Below are positions 1 to 15,115 of a stretch of 64,000 bases of DNA, one piece after another (positions within the stretch are counted from its first letter, which is position 1; every line of letters starts with the position of its first letter). The stretch is taken from NCBI GenBank assembly GCA_951406725.2, contig OX597831.1, forward strand, positions 16,306,001-16,370,000, in the 5' to 3' direction. The notes below the pieces were generated by a model. That model did no database searches. It had not been told where the DNA came from and worked only from the letters and a program-made list of their open reading frames with translations. The position numbers and the translations under genes are program-made. The DNA comes from Octopus vulgaris (lineage: Eukaryota).

Positions 1-56
1 TATAGATACAAACACACACATATATATATGTGTGTCTCTCTCTCTCTATATATATG

Positions 57-124
<68 letters not shown>

Positions 125-323
125 CATATACACTCACAAAGGCATATATGTATATATATATACAGCTCAAATCTAATAAAGACAGAGGACGATAACAGGT
201 TAAAGAACATTGAATCTCCTCCTCTCTACCTCATCTCCCCCTCTTTCTCGGTCCATATCCCCTCTCTTTTTGCTCCATATTCCCCTCTTGCTCGCTCTCT
301 CTCTCGCTCTCACGCTCTCTGTC

Positions 324-382
<59 letters not shown>

Positions 383-2119
383 GCTACTACCTCTGCATGC
401 CGAAACCTGCATTACCATTCAGGTTATAGCAATCAACACCAGCAGTATGAAACTCGAACAACTTCCGAATATGTTGGCGCTTAGAAAACTGTCGAAAGTG
501 ACTCTGAAACAAAGAATAATGATTTTCGTTTGTCCTATATGTATCTTGCTCCTTTACTATTGAGAAAGAAAACTTTTGTGCAAACATCCCGTCCAAAAAG
601 AAAAAAAAAGGAGAAAAAGACGTCGATTGATGGATACAAACATACACCTATAATGAATTTAACTTGAAAGGATTTTCATTATCTTCACAACAACTTCTGT
701 CCTTGATAGAGTGTGCAAAGGAACAGCCCTAAGCACTGAATTTGTCGGTGAAAACTGAAGGTCTTATCACGATCATAAACATCTAAATGAACGAATAAAA
801 GAGCAATATTGAAATGAGCAAATTAATTATACATTGTATATACCATCAAATAACTCCATAAAACAGAAAGACCAGCAATCAAGGACTTATTTTACTAATT
901 AGAACTAATTAAGAAAAGCAACTACTATAACTAAAATGTTGCTCTGATTTAATGCATATAAAAAGCCTTCAAATTCGTGTTTCTCAACATCGACTTCAAA
1001 TATACTTGTAAACATAAAATTAATAAGCATTTTAATATTCTGCTTTGAATACAAAACGTCCCAATATACAGTCAGAGGCTTCTAATCCATGCAATTACGC
1101 AATGACACGTTTAAATGAAGCGAGTATACTTCAAGTATATCAACAGAAATTAACATTTGTCAACGTGGTTCAATGTGTAGCTGTGCCATTAACACCGACT
1201 TATGATTTAGAATAATTGTTTCTATAGAAACGACATGTTTTCATAAAACCGATGATCCGGATGGAGCTATGAGTTTCAGACGAAACTGGAAATACTCGCC
1301 GAATAGGGAAGCAAAACCAGACTCCTTCATTCACCGAACGTCACATAGTACAGGAGGTTTCAAGTAGTAAATGTCTATCGAAACAAAACATATACGATCG
1401 AAGGGAAGCTGTTAGGAATCTGATGGATGGTGTACTGTGTACAGCTGGGCAACATTTCGCGATGAGACGGTTATAACCCAAGGCACCTCAAACTTAGCAC
1501 GTGCATGTTGACATAGCGAACAGTTAACTTCTACTCATCGATTCAGTTATTAATGGCAACCATTGTGCAAATTGCTAGCGAAAATGTTTTCGACAATGAG
1601 TGAGATCCGTGTGATTCCTGTTAGAATTCTTGGAGAGATCCTCGTCCGCCGAACACGTGCGATTCGAAACGCAACAAAGAAATCCAAGAACAAATTAATA
1701 TCAACTCTTCAAATTTTAACTAAGAAATGTGCATCTGAATCGTTTAGATAATTTTTTTTTTTACAATAATGCTTTAACAGCAGCTCAATCGATATTTGTT
1801 CCTTTACTTACTTGTGAAAATTTACACAAGGCTTTAATTTCAATTTTACGAGTTGTCGCAGCGATTTTACACCTTATGAAATTGGTGAATGTATATGTAG
1901 ATTGAGGAAATCGAAATAAACTCATCATTACATTCGTCACGCTGAGGCAATTTATAGTTGTAAGTCTGCGGGAAAATAAAACACGTATGTAGACAGACAT
2001 GGTGTGGATATGTCTGAGATTTATACTTACTTACATATATAGAAACACATCTCTCTCTCTCTCTCTCTCTAAATATATATATATATATATATATTTCTAT
2101 CTGTCTGTCTGTCAATCTT

Positions 2120-2190
<71 letters not shown>

Positions 2191-2199
2191 GTCTATCTA

Positions 2200-2392
2200 A
2201 GAAACAACTCATTATGAAAAGGGAAGCATTCCAGAGGTTAAAAACAAGAAAGATAGACAGCATGAGAGGAACTGATTTTTGGAGTCGACTAAGAACTCAA
2301 TATCTACTCCCTCTAATGCCGCCGGGAGAGTTACGTCATTTGTGCAATGTGGAAAATATTCCATCAATATTGCACAAATGATATTATATATA
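2200..2392 (+). mobile_element. Old fragment of the same CR1-group LINE ORF2 C-terminus
   Basis: ...YSL*CRRESYVICAMWKIFHQYCTND versus YSLQRRRERYIICMMWKIFHQHCPND. Confidence 0.85.
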
Positions 2393-2709
2393 CACATACA
2401 TACTACTTTAGGAATCCTGACAGGAGATATTTTTATATTTTGTAATTTATTATTATCTTAATTGCATTCTACCCACAAATGTGATATAGACTTGTCTTTC
2501 TGTATAATCGGTTATGCATTAACTAAGAATCTTACTAACATAATTTTTTGCATACATCGTAAATTTCAGTGTAATAAATTTACTTGAGTTAATGATCGTT
2601 CCCAATGGTCCTTAATTCTTGAAACCCACTAAGTGTCTACGATTCCCTGCATAATGCTGCATCATAGCGTTTTGTTATTAATTTTTAGTTTGATAAAATG
2701 AAAGAAGTT

Positions 2710-2772
<63 letters not shown>

Positions 2773-2811
2773 ACAATAGTTAGGCCATGATAAAAATGAA
2801 TTCAGAAGTTC

Positions 2812-2909
<98 letters not shown>

Positions 2910-3019
2910 AACACAGACATGCAGGAATTAAATAGATATCTTTAATTTTCAAAATTTCTGATCTAAGCGCCTTAATATGTTTTCCCAATCAAGAATTTAA
3001 TTTGAAACGAATCCAACCA

Positions 3020-3490
3020 ACTGTGAAACATTGTGGTATCTCTGATATGGTATGGGGAGCTGTCCCCAGCAATGGTCGTTCTGAGCTGATCAAATTTATT
3101 GGAAACATAAACTCTGAAAAATGCATCGAAATACTTAAGCAGGACAACCTCCGATGTATTCACACGATAACATAACGAAAAATGTTTTTTTTTTTAATAC
3201 TAGGAAGATGGTGCTCCACGCCACACAGCGAAAAGTTATCTACCATTGTTGACTGAAAATGGGATCAAAAATCTTCCTTGGCCTGACATGAATCCAATTG
3301 AAAATATTTGGAGCATATTTGATAGAGCTATACGAAAAGCTCGACAGAAACCTAAATATAAAGAGTTGTTTCGAATGTGGTGTGAAAAGTTGGTAGAAAT
3401 TCCACAAGAGAAAATCTGAAAGCTAATCAGTTCAATGCCAAAAAGCTGCTGAATTAAAATCTACAAAGGGAATATCAAATAAGTACTAAA
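3020..3490 (+). mobile_element. Tc1-type transposase remnant
   Basis: MVWGAV, EDGAPRHTAK, WPDMNPIENIW. Confidence 0.85.
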
Positions 3491-3954
3491 GTATGTAGTC
3501 CTACGTTTCGATAACATTTTAATTATTCGCTTTGCGTGCAAAATAGATTTGAAAAATTAAAGCTGTCTATTTACTTCCTACATGTCTGTGTAAATATCGA
3601 CACTAGCAAATCGGAAGCGCATTTAATAATTAATTGGAGACGAAATATTTTAGAACTTTGCAATTTGGAGTGTGTTTCAATGATTTAAACCCTTCTCATC
3701 ATGTGATATAGGAAATATCTCTTTTTTTTTTTTACATTAACAGAGAAGTTTTATAGCTCTGATTTTCTCTTTGATCTCAGTCTTCTGAAGTAATTTCATG
3801 ATACGCCCTTCTTCCAATAAAGATTTCATACCTCATTTGTATGCCGTAACAATGTCTAATTAAATATATATTTTAACACTATTTCTCTTCACTTCACGAT
3901 GTCTAGCCATACTCAAAGCATGTAAATATGTCTGTATATCTATCTATCTACCTC

Positions 3955-4033
<79 letters not shown>

Positions 4034-5649
4034 CTCTATCTATCTACCTAGCTAGCTACCTACATACATACTTACCTACCTTCATTCCTGCCTACCGACA
4101 TATCTTTCTACATTCTATATTTATTTATGGGTGTTTAAGCATATATATGATAGTTTGTATGCGTGTCTGCGTATTTTGGCATGTGGGGCATCAAATGATT
4201 CAGTAATCTTTCGGGTACCAAAGGAACTTTATTTTCAATAAATTATTTTCCTTCCCACACCAATTTCTTCATTTTTTGTTTTTTACAATTATAATAATAC
4301 ACGTATTATACAGCGTGTATAAAAAACATGCCAGTCAGAACCCAACATACGTAGATGGACGTATCCACCTTTATGCAATTACCTGATGTAACGGTAACTC
4401 GACAGATTGATGCAACACAACTAGATGTACTACATCCTACCCCTAACGGTTAGTTGCAGGATGTGTTAAAACGATCGTCATACGAGCATTTATCGTATTC
4501 CGTTTACCTAATCTAACGAACAAGGATTTGCTATTTTGTTTGCTATGGTAGATGATGGACCAAAATTTCATGCAGTTTGATTGAACCCAGAAACATTTAG
4601 TTGTGAAGCAACCACACTGTGCTCTCATAACTTTGCCAGCATCTATGCTATATTTATGCCGGTGCTTTTCGTGTAACTGTGTGAAAAGAAGTTATACCAG
4701 TTTAAATATGAATATTTTAGTAGATTTTTAGTATAATAATATATTTCTATTTCTTATGGAGTGTGTTATGAAATGCTTCCTATTTATAGAATTAAAACTG
4801 AAAATAATATAGTTTTCTAATACTTCCTTAAATGAAATACTTTTTTTAATTTTTAATTGCCACAGGCAATATTTTTCCTAATTATATTTCTTTAGTTGGG
4901 AAAACATACCTGATAATTGTGTGTATTTATTTGAAAACTACTGTGTTGAGATTACTCTTTATCATTCTTATTTTTTTTACATTGATTTACCTAATAATTA
5001 AGTAGAAATTAATTCTTACTGACAACCATGATAGTCATAGAAATCTAGTTTTATAACTTAACAATGTGATTTCCGCAGTTACATTTTCTAAATTTACATA
5101 ATTTCTATTATTAATACTTACTGTCTGGGTCTGAAATTTAGTTCTTAAAGTTTTATTCATATTTTGAAAAATGAAGTTCGAATAAATACTATTTATCATC
5201 CTCAAATATTTCCTGATTGCTCGCCATCATATGTGTTCTGTAATAGTACATAGTTTATATTTAGAGCTGTGTCATACTAACGCATTCATTTTCTTTGGAA
5301 GTTGTATTTGTTTGTGACCAAGTGTGCTAGATATATTTTAGTCATTCAAAAACACAACCGAAGATGTTAACTCCATTTAGTTATTGCCTGGAGCCACAGA
5401 GGGAGATTGATTAGATAGGAAGAAAAGGAGAGATATGGAGGAGAGATAGAGAGAGGGAGAACAATATATATCGCAAGCATAATTCCGAACGAAAAGCAAG
5501 ATAATTCACTTGTAATAATGAGTGAATGATAATAATAAGAATGTCTGACATGTAGAGGCCAGAGGCAAATAAAAAAATTAACATAAAACTCTGAGTTGTA
5601 TGTAAATTGGCCCACTGTCTAATTTCAGACTATGTAAATTAGAAGCATG

Positions 5650-6870
5650 TGAGAGAGGAGATCGAAAACGGCGCGACTATTTGTGAATTTATTTTTGTAT
5701 TATTGAATGGTTGCAAGAATTATCATAAAATAATTGTTAGAGTTGTAGAGATTAAATTCCTCCAAGTTGTCTTTGAGCATTTCTCCGTTCCGAATAGTTT
5801 TAGAGTTGAAAGTAAACTTGGTCTCATCGGGTCCTAGTCTAGCAATTCAGATCACCAGCTATAACAAGAAAATTATGGAGAGGTATTTGCTCAATAGTTG
5901 AACGAAGCTTTGTATAAAAATTCTCAATCTCGTCTGCCACAGACGAAATATTAGGGCCATACACACATACCAATGTTGCTTTCGGGTTTCCATCTATCTC
6001 AAGCACCATAATTCTAGGTGAGATTGACTCTCTACTCAAGAGAGAATCACTGGCTTTTGAAGAAAGTGGAATTCAGATACCTCCAACTGTTGAATTAACA
6101 GTATTCTTTGATGCTGAGGAGGTTACAAGTTGATAAGAACCGACTTGATGGTATTTCAGGATGTTGTCAGGGTGGTAAAATCGGTGTTCTTGGACAGCTA
6201 TTATATCAATGCCATGTGATTCTGTATTTACACCAAGTTCTTCTAGACGGCCGAGAGAACCGAGGGTGCGTGCATTGAAGGTGCTGAGTATCGTATGATT
6301 TTCACAGCTGATGAGGTGTTTGTCTGGATTTGTTTGGTTAGGAGCTGACTCTTTTCCATCAGGTGATACCCGTCTGATGTATGCAGGTCAGGTCTGATGT
6401 ATGCAGCATCGGATCCTACTACTGGTAAACTGTAAACCAGTACAACCTGTGTCAGTGGGGTAGAAAGGGCTCCTTAGCTGTAGTGAAGGCAATCTGTCTA
6501 GGGAGACAACCTTACAACAAATCACTCGGTCCGTAGCTTAAAAATACTGGGTTGACGTCCTGCGGGAACAGCTTTGTTTCATGGAGGAGGAAATATCTTC
6601 TTTAGTACTTGGTTGTACAATGCTTTCCAATGTGTGTAGTAGTGGAGCGGGCACACATTATTAGCCATTTGAAAAGATTATGTAATTTACAATTAACTGC
6701 ACCAGGGAACCAGACCTAATGGTATACCTGCGGATGTAGGTCCAGCCCCTGCTTTGCCGGGTCCTGTCTCTGATCACGTTGCACCTCCAAGGGCATCCAT
6801 TGACGGTGATGCCCTCAATCTTAACAGACGGTACACAGTATAAAATTCCAAGAATTGAACTCACTAAACG
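5650..6870 (-). mobile_element. RTE-clade LINE 5' part (AP endonuclease) remnant
   Basis: STFNARTL, AVQEHR, SPRIMV, CVYGP, FYTKL, IAGDLN. Confidence 0.8.
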
Positions 6871-7184
6871 TTAACCTTAAGCAATTTCCCGAAGTTTCCT
6901 ATTGTTCGATGTGGTTAGCTGGAACCAGGAAGTACTTGTAATATACCTGCCCGGATGCAGAATCTCTATCCTTTTGCTGTAGCTAAGGTGCAGGGATCGC
7001 TTTATGTATTCGGGCAATTGTCATTGTAATCAATTTCATCGCCTTTCACTCTTCTCTACATAATGACGTCACTAGTGAATGGTGTCGCTTGTGGTCAGCT
7101 AAGATAAATTTACACCCATCAAAAAAAAAAAATTGGTACCACTTACAATATTCTGCTCACCGACCACTGGCTATATACTATATA

Positions 7185-7760
7185 TTGTCCTTTCTTCTTC
7201 TTTTCTTCTTCTTCTTCTTCTTCTTCTTCTTCTTCTTCTTCTTCTTCTTCTTCTTCTTCTTCTTCTTCTTCTACTTCTTCTTCTTCTCCTTATTCTTCTT
7301 CTTTTTCTTCTTCTTTTTCTTCTTCTTCTTCTTCTTCTTTTACTTTTTTCTTCCTCTTCTTCTTCTAATTTTTCTTCCTCTTCTACTTCTTCTTCTCATT
7401 TCTTCTTCTTCTCCTTCTTCTACTTCTTCTTCTCCTTCTACTTCTCCTTCTTCTTCTTCTTCTTCTTCTTCTTCTTCTTCTTCTTCATTTCTTCTTCTTC
7501 TTCTTCTTCTTCTTCTTCTTCTTCTTCTTCTTCTTCTTCTTCTTCTTCTTCTTCTTCCCATTTCTTCCGCTTCGTCGTCTTCTACCTCCTCTTTTTTGAT
7601 CTTTTTCTCACGCGTCTTCTTCCTCTTAATCTCCTTTTTCTTGTCTCCTCCTCTCCCTCTCCTCCTCTCCTCCCCCTTTTCTCTTCTTCGTTTTTCCTAT
7701 TCTTTTCCCTTCATCCCCTCCTTCTCCTCCTTTCTTCTTCTTTTTCTTCTTCCTTCCCAC
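7185..7760. repeat. (CTT)n / polypyrimidine tract
   Basis: Direct observation; explains ORFs 7089, 7133 and 7340. Confidence 0.95.
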
Positions 7761-8339
7761 ATGATCTCTATACTATTTATTCAGCCCCTTACCACACATT
7801 TTGTTACTTTTTGGTTCCTCCCTATATAACGCATAAAGCAACGTCGAAAATACTCATAGTGTAGGGGCGCACGTCTGATGAAGTGCCATTTTAACGTCTA
7901 AATACATAAACATATGGAAAATTTTCACTTCCATATTATCGGTAAACTGTCGTTGCCAGCAAATTTGGTAGAGAAACAATTGAAATGAATCATTAAACAC
8001 GAATTTGCTTCTCTTCTTATTATTTGGATCCTAATTTTCTCTTCGTCACACTCCCACAAAGGTGTGGAAGTTGTGAAACCATAATTATTTTACTCTTAAA
8101 GAATTTTTGCTTTTGTTCCAGAATCCGACAGTCTTCATATCCCCGAACACATGTTGAGTGCCTCACTTGAAATATCTTACATCTATACCCAACCAGAGTA
8201 AACAAGCACAAACACACACACACATGCACACACCTATGTGTGTGTATGCATATGTATGTAGTGTGTGTATGTGCATATGTGTGTATGAGCTTGCAGCGAA
8301 AATTGTTTAGCAGTTCAAATTCTCTGGATGTTGACATTG

Positions 8340-8865
8340 CTCTCTATCTTTTCGGTGTCTTTGAAATAAGTATCGATTGATCACGAGTGTTGATGTGATT
8401 CCCTTACAGCTTACAGGAGGCATGCTGGTTCATACCAAAATTTGAAGCCTATAGTTTTGATATATCGCTAAGGCGTCTAGCTGTCAGAAACATTAGTATG
8501 ACAGGGAAAAGTGCCGATGTGCATTTCGTTCGCCTGTACGTTTTGATTTTAAATTCTGCTGAGGTCGATATTTTCCTTCATTCTTTCGGGGGTCGATAAA
8601 ATAAGTACTAGATGAATACAGACGAACACTGGGGCCGATAGATTGGCAGACCCCTTCTCCCGAAATTGCTAGCTTTGTGCCAAAATTTGAAACCAATATT
8701 ATTATTATCGCTAATGGCAGATAATTTAACGCGCCGGAAAAATGCTTAGTTCAAGTTCAGCCGAGGTCACTTTGCTTTCCATCCTTTAAGGGTCGATAAA
8801 ATGAAAAATAATTGACTATTGGGGTCGATATAATCAATAGCATTGTGCTACTTTTCGAACAAATA
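8340..8865 (+). mobile_element. Cluster of 2-3 SINE fragments (cephalopod-type)
   Basis: Repeated ggggtcgataaaata...ctggggtcgat...gtgccaaaatttgaaa motif with (ATT) tail; related copies at about 22780-22950 (-) and 42430-42640 (+). Confidence 0.65.
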
Positions 8866-9854
8866 TGTATTTTCTGCATTTTTTAAAATCTTCAAAAATA
8901 TCACACGTAATTTTCAGTCAACATGTTTTCATTTATTTATTCATAGGCAATAAAAAACTGTGATTCCAAAGAATAGAGGAGAGATGAATTCCTGTGAATC
9001 AAATGAAAAATATTTGTTGAAACGCATATTATGAAACATTTTATCTAAATTTAAGGAAACGACTGCTACTATTTCTTTAATTCTTTAAACACAATATATA
9101 CACACACGCACGCAGACAGACACACACACACACACACATTCACACGCATATATATATAAGTATATAAATAGATTTCCGAAATTTTATAGGTAGGGATATA
9201 AGATCAAAGGGAGGAACCGTAGTCGCTTTTACCGGTTAATAGTGCTGGATAGTCTCAGTGAGTGTATAGAACTGCATAAACACCTCTAGTGCAACGACGG
9301 GAAGCGCTTCTCCTGCAGCAGTTTTGCGTTCCAATATCAGCTGCGCTGACCCTTGTTGCTGACCTATTCTTTTTATTCCTTCATAAATTTTACGTTGTGT
9401 TCTGAGCCTCTTTTCACTTCGGACAACAATATGAGCAATACTTACCAAGGATATTAGAAATTAAAATGCCACCTCTCCCCGAAGCTATTTAAATTGAGAA
9501 AGTCTCTCGCACAGGGAAAATCTCACTTTGTAATCAACGTTTACATTTCGCTTGGAAAGATTTCTAGTTTACGCCATTGGATGCAAAATTGGATAAACAC
9601 AAGTAACGTTTGATTTAAGAAAACATGAACAAGCACACGCGCACATAACTGAATTTAATACTGAGCTGTCAGTGATCACTCAATCCATTGAAATGTGATT
9701 CCTTTTTAATCCGGTTTCTAACCCTGAAGAAATATTCAATTAACTATATTCAAAATGCATATTTAATTACTGATTTAATTATTCATTTGGAATTTGAAAT
9801 TAATTTGAACAAAAAAACAATTGTAGTTTTCTTTTCTGATACACATATGGATGT

Positions 9855-10087
<233 letters not shown>

Positions 10088-11135
10088 GTGTTTGTGTGTG
10101 TATATATATATGTGTGTGTGTGTCTGTGTATCCTCGGAAATGACGTCGGAGCGCACAATTTTGCTGTGATTTTCCGGCAGTATTTCGATTTTCTCCTAAT
10201 ATTTCACGCATGTTTCATTATAATGTATGGAGACACTATGCTGTCAACAACATGTAAGAACTTCACTAGCTTCCTTGATATATCACGAAATCTGGATTCC
10301 ATTTCACATTTTACCCACTTTGACATCAATTCTATAGATAATTCATGCATGTCTCTCGGGCGCATAACCCTGAAAATATGTGCACACACTTATTTACACC
10401 TTCACGATCACGACTCAACTACCATTCTACAAAAATTATTCTTCAACCTTTTCCCAAACTGACCACATCGTTATCATTGTTAACTCATATCCTTATATAT
10501 GCACATATAACAGCCTCGAATGTCTTTTCTTTATTCTATTGGCTTCAACGCATACAAACTGATGCCAAATAAGCTTGCAGGAAACCATGATACTTTTGAA
10601 CATAGCCTTTTCGCTTGGGATACTAATGTATATCGGTGTAACTCACAGTTATCAACAAATATTATGGGTAGATTAACACCTGATACAGCTTCTACTTTAC
10701 CCGATTTGTAACCAGGAAAATTAAATGCCAATATTGATATCAGATATCAAAACATTGAGCAATCTTTCACCTAATAACGTAAAGTAAGTTTGCATTCTTC
10801 ACTAGAAAAGTTAATTCCAAAACGAAACTCACTCGCACAATTTTTATATCGTTTTCGGGGCTATGTTAGAATTGCATTTTAATCCAAACTGCCACTGTAC
10901 ATGTTTCTCATGTCAACAATTTAAGCATTGTTCATCACAAAATGACCGGAAATCATGCTTATGAAAGAGAGTTCATTGCTTCATAGACATCGTTTAACGA
11001 TTCTGCTCATAAGAAGGGAACAATTACTACAATGTGGCTGCAGATCACAACACGCACGCAACGCCGGGTTATATATAACTTAGAATAACTTAGAAAGGTT
11101 TTGGCCAGTATTTGCCCAGGCCATGTCTAACTTAA

Positions 11136-11167
<32 letters not shown>

Positions 11168-11205
11168 TATGTATGTATATGTAAATGCGTATGTCTATCT
11201 ATACG

Positions 11206-11260
<55 letters not shown>

Positions 11261-11308
11261 CGTATGTATATCTATCTATATCTATATCTATCTATATATC
11301 TATCTATC

Positions 11309-11355
<47 letters not shown>

Positions 11356-11374
11356 GATAAGAAAGTTGGTTTGT

Positions 11375-11420
<46 letters not shown>

Positions 11421-11553
11421 GGCATTATACATACATGCCAGGAGGCATTATATATACATGCCAAATGCTAAGAGGGACAATTAGTCATTTCTACCAAAAA
11501 TATTACTAATCCCACCGAATGCAATTTTTCAAAGTAAGACATTTAAAAAATAT

Positions 11554-11601
11554 AGACCTGTATCACAGTGATTTCATACTTACGTACTCATCAGCAGGCC
11601 T
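11554..11601 (-). ncRNA. Minimal type I hammerhead ribozyme, near canonical
   Basis: AGGCCUG-CUGAUGA-GUAC(GUAA)GUAU-GAAA-UCAC-U-GUGA-UA-CAGGUCU: 7-bp stem I, GNRA-capped stem II, palindromic stem III. Confidence 0.8.
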
Positions 11602-11896
11602 AAATGCATTATAAATAATGCATTATAAATAAACAACGAACATATGATAGATAGATAGATAAGATATACATATATATAGATAGATATACATACGTAATAT
11701 ATATATATATATATATATAGACGTATAGATAGACTTACATATTTACATATACATACATACATATACATATATATATATGTGTGTATATATGTATATATGT
11801 ATATATATTACGTATGTATATATATCTATATATATGTCTATCTATCTATCTATCTATCTATCTAACTTTATATATATATATATGTATATGTATATA

Positions 11897-11939
<43 letters not shown>

Positions 11940-12025
11940 GTATGTATATCTATCTATATCTATGTCTATCTATCTATCTATCTATCTGTAATTTATATAT
12001 ATATGTATATATATGTATATATATC

Positions 12026-12090
<65 letters not shown>

Positions 12091-13578
12091 TAATTACTGA
12101 ATGAGTTAGTGTTGCAATGGAATTACATACCTTATATATAATACCGCTGCTGTGTAGAAACTCGTCGTGTTCCTGAAAGCAAAGAGTTGATATAACGTTA
12201 ATATGAATTAATAAATCAAAGTGCTCCCTCCTGTAACGTCATTGATGTATTATCATGTGAAATATATTCACTTCGACATAAACATGAATCGTCGAATCTT
12301 TGTATCTTTGCATAGCGCAAATGTTCACGAAGAAATAAATAGATCAATTTTTTTCTATCTGGATTGAAGGATTCTTTATGTGAATTCGTGTGTTGAAACA
12401 AGTCTTGTTGTATTTAGGGAGAGTCATCAAAATGTCTTCTATTAATGTTTAACCAAGTTAAACAAACAATAAGGATGTAGTGAAACTGAAGCAGAACCTG
12501 TGACAATAATCTTGGCATAATGTCTCACCCTGTACACAACAAAGTCTATTGTCTGTGTTTCATAAATTCTCTCGCGTCAAGTTATTTTTATTAGATCAAT
12601 CGTCGTCTATCACACGATGTTTTATATCACAGTGTCAATATAATATTGGTTTTGCCATCATGAAGTTTAACGAAAGACATCAGTGATGTAAGATAGAGAA
12701 TGATTTATCCTCATGTGTCGCTGTCGCCAGATTTTGACGTGTGTTAGTTAGGAAACACCATTTAATTATCAATATCGTAGATACACAATAACCTGATTTT
12801 TTTAGTGGTTTTCATGCATAAACAATTACTTTTGCTTCTATAGCTGAAACTACTAATTTCAGTTTGTAAAATATTCATTTCGTATCTCGTCGAAATCTTT
12901 ACAATTTCGGGTTTGAAATAAAAGCATATCAACGAATATAAATTCACTTACGAGACACAAATGTTCAAATTGGAAACTAAAGAAAGATGTGCAATAATTG
13001 TTTACTCCATCAAAACACCCGGGAAAATTCTTGAAGTTACTGAAATAAAAAATATTTCAAACAAAAAACGAGATTTTATTCAATGATATTTAATTCATAT
13101 ACATATATAAGAACATGCAGTTGGAAATACAAAGGCGTTTATTATTCATAGCAACAAATGCTTGTTCATCGCACACCATGCTTTTCATATTCATATTTTA
13201 TAAAACATATGCAACAATTGAAGCTGCACGGTGTGAAAACACATGTTGCGATGTATAATTAAAACTTACGTATGCCGGTCTCATGTAGATATTTTCATTA
13301 TGATATTAATCCTATACATAATTCATTTCTTTGTGTGACTCTATATACACGTATGTTCCACCTCTTTTTGCTACGTTCTTTAGAAGTTTATTTTACGCAT
13401 TCACATAATTTAGCTTTATGAACTATACGAATAGATTGATGTAGCAATCATTTTTTGATAACATAGATACCCAACCAGAAGTGATCCTATCTTCTATCAC
13501 GGTGCTGAGCACGCCTTTCAACATAAAATTACAAACTCTACCTTATTTTATCCTACGCATACTTTTGATATATATATA

Positions 13579-13638
<60 letters not shown>

Positions 13639-14139
13639 TGTGGCTGTGTGTGAACGTGTGAATGTGTGTGTGTCTCTGTGTGTGTATGTGTGTGTGTTTG
13701 TGTGTGTCTGTGTATGTTAGTCTGTGTGTGTGTGTGCTTGTGTGTGTCTAATTTTGTTTGTTATGTCTCCAAAGAGACATTAGGTTCTCCGAAGCTTAGA
13801 GATTCGCAACCGGTATCTACGCAACACATTGCAATATGGGCAAGATATGTTCTAACACATAAACTGCATGGTGAGAACAGAAATTATGTTGAGACGCGGA
13901 ATTGTGAAAGAGAAAATACGTTAGTGACGGAAGTACGCTCAGTGCAACAGATATTGTTTTATATACATGTTTGCGTCGCGTTGTCTGAGTGTGTATGAAA
14001 GTGTTCGATAATGACGAATAAACTCAATCGTCAGGTATGTTGCTTGAAAACTATTAACACAAACATGAATACACACATATGTAATACACTCACTCACACA
14101 CGCACACAAATATGTATATATATATATATATATATATAA

Positions 14140-15115
14140 TATATTTATAAGCTATATATATACTTTAACATAGTATTAGTAATTAAACCATTTTATTTCC
14201 TTTTCTATGGTGTTCTGCCCTACTTGATTATTTTATTCCTTTATTATTTTATAATTAGCCTTTGTTTATTTATAAAATTAATCTAATTTTTATATCTCTA
14301 TAAATTCATACTTAGCGTATATAAAACTATACTGATATATTCACTACTTATAAAAAAACACTGCTGATATTTTAATTCTATTAATATATAATTAGCATGC
14401 CCCTTAACCACAATAATCTTTTATTAATACCAGTATATACCAATTAATCAATATTTACAGAAACCATCTAATGAGCTAGTATTTAAGTGTACAATATGTA
14501 TGAATATTAAACTATTTCTGGATAATTTCTTTTCCTACCCCTATTGTGGTAAAAGTTTCTTATATACTCAAAAGTATTCATAAATTTCTATCCTTTTATT
14601 ATACTATTCTTCTTAATAATGCTCTGAATAACCCTAAACTTTATCTGTATACAATATAGCAGCATTGTTTTATAGTATTTGACTGGAGTACTACATGATG
14701 AGTCTTCCCATGTTTCATTATCAATGGTCTGCCATTAGGAGACCCCCTTAAGTTTCAGCTAAAGTCTTGTTTTAAGATTTCCATTGACCAAACCTCATAA
14801 TATTGCTTCCGATAAATCTTGATTTTTATGACTATAGAAACTATGATGTCTGTCTTCACCCTCAGTCCTACCCCTAACATATACAGCCCTCTCTTCTCTT
14901 AGCCTTAGATATACAAGGGATTTGATAAACTAGTCTATAAATTTAAACTGACCACATGAAAAAAAATATCAGTGACAGGCAGAGTCTGTAACAATGTATA
15001 TATTGTTGGAAAATTCAGTAACTTCTAAACTGGAGTGAGACAGCATGTTCTTTGTGTATCTCCTTAACTTCTTGGAGATTTTAGGTATAGTTATATTAAT
15101 GTCTCCATCTGTTCT
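14140..15115 (-). mobile_element. Highly decayed retroelement remnant, probably PLE
   Basis: Weak RT-like remnant (GSPNGRPLI). Confidence 0.3.

Noticed and set aside
32-484. YIYIYI, LSIYLS, CVCV, polyF/L/I ORFs here and throughout the ORF track
   Set aside because: Translations of (TA)n, (TCTA)n, (TG)n, (CTT)n and (ATT)n microsatellites.
10587-10676. Signal-peptide-like ORF MILLNIAFSLGILMYIGVTHSYQQILWVD*
   Set aside because: Stops after 29 aa, has no good donor, and overlaps a minus-strand exon-3-like relic.
12595-12740. Plus-strand exon-like piece with several Cys and in-frame TGA codons (selenocysteine idea)
   Set aside because: Stops in all frames, no SECIS seen, and Cys spacing only partly matches the family.
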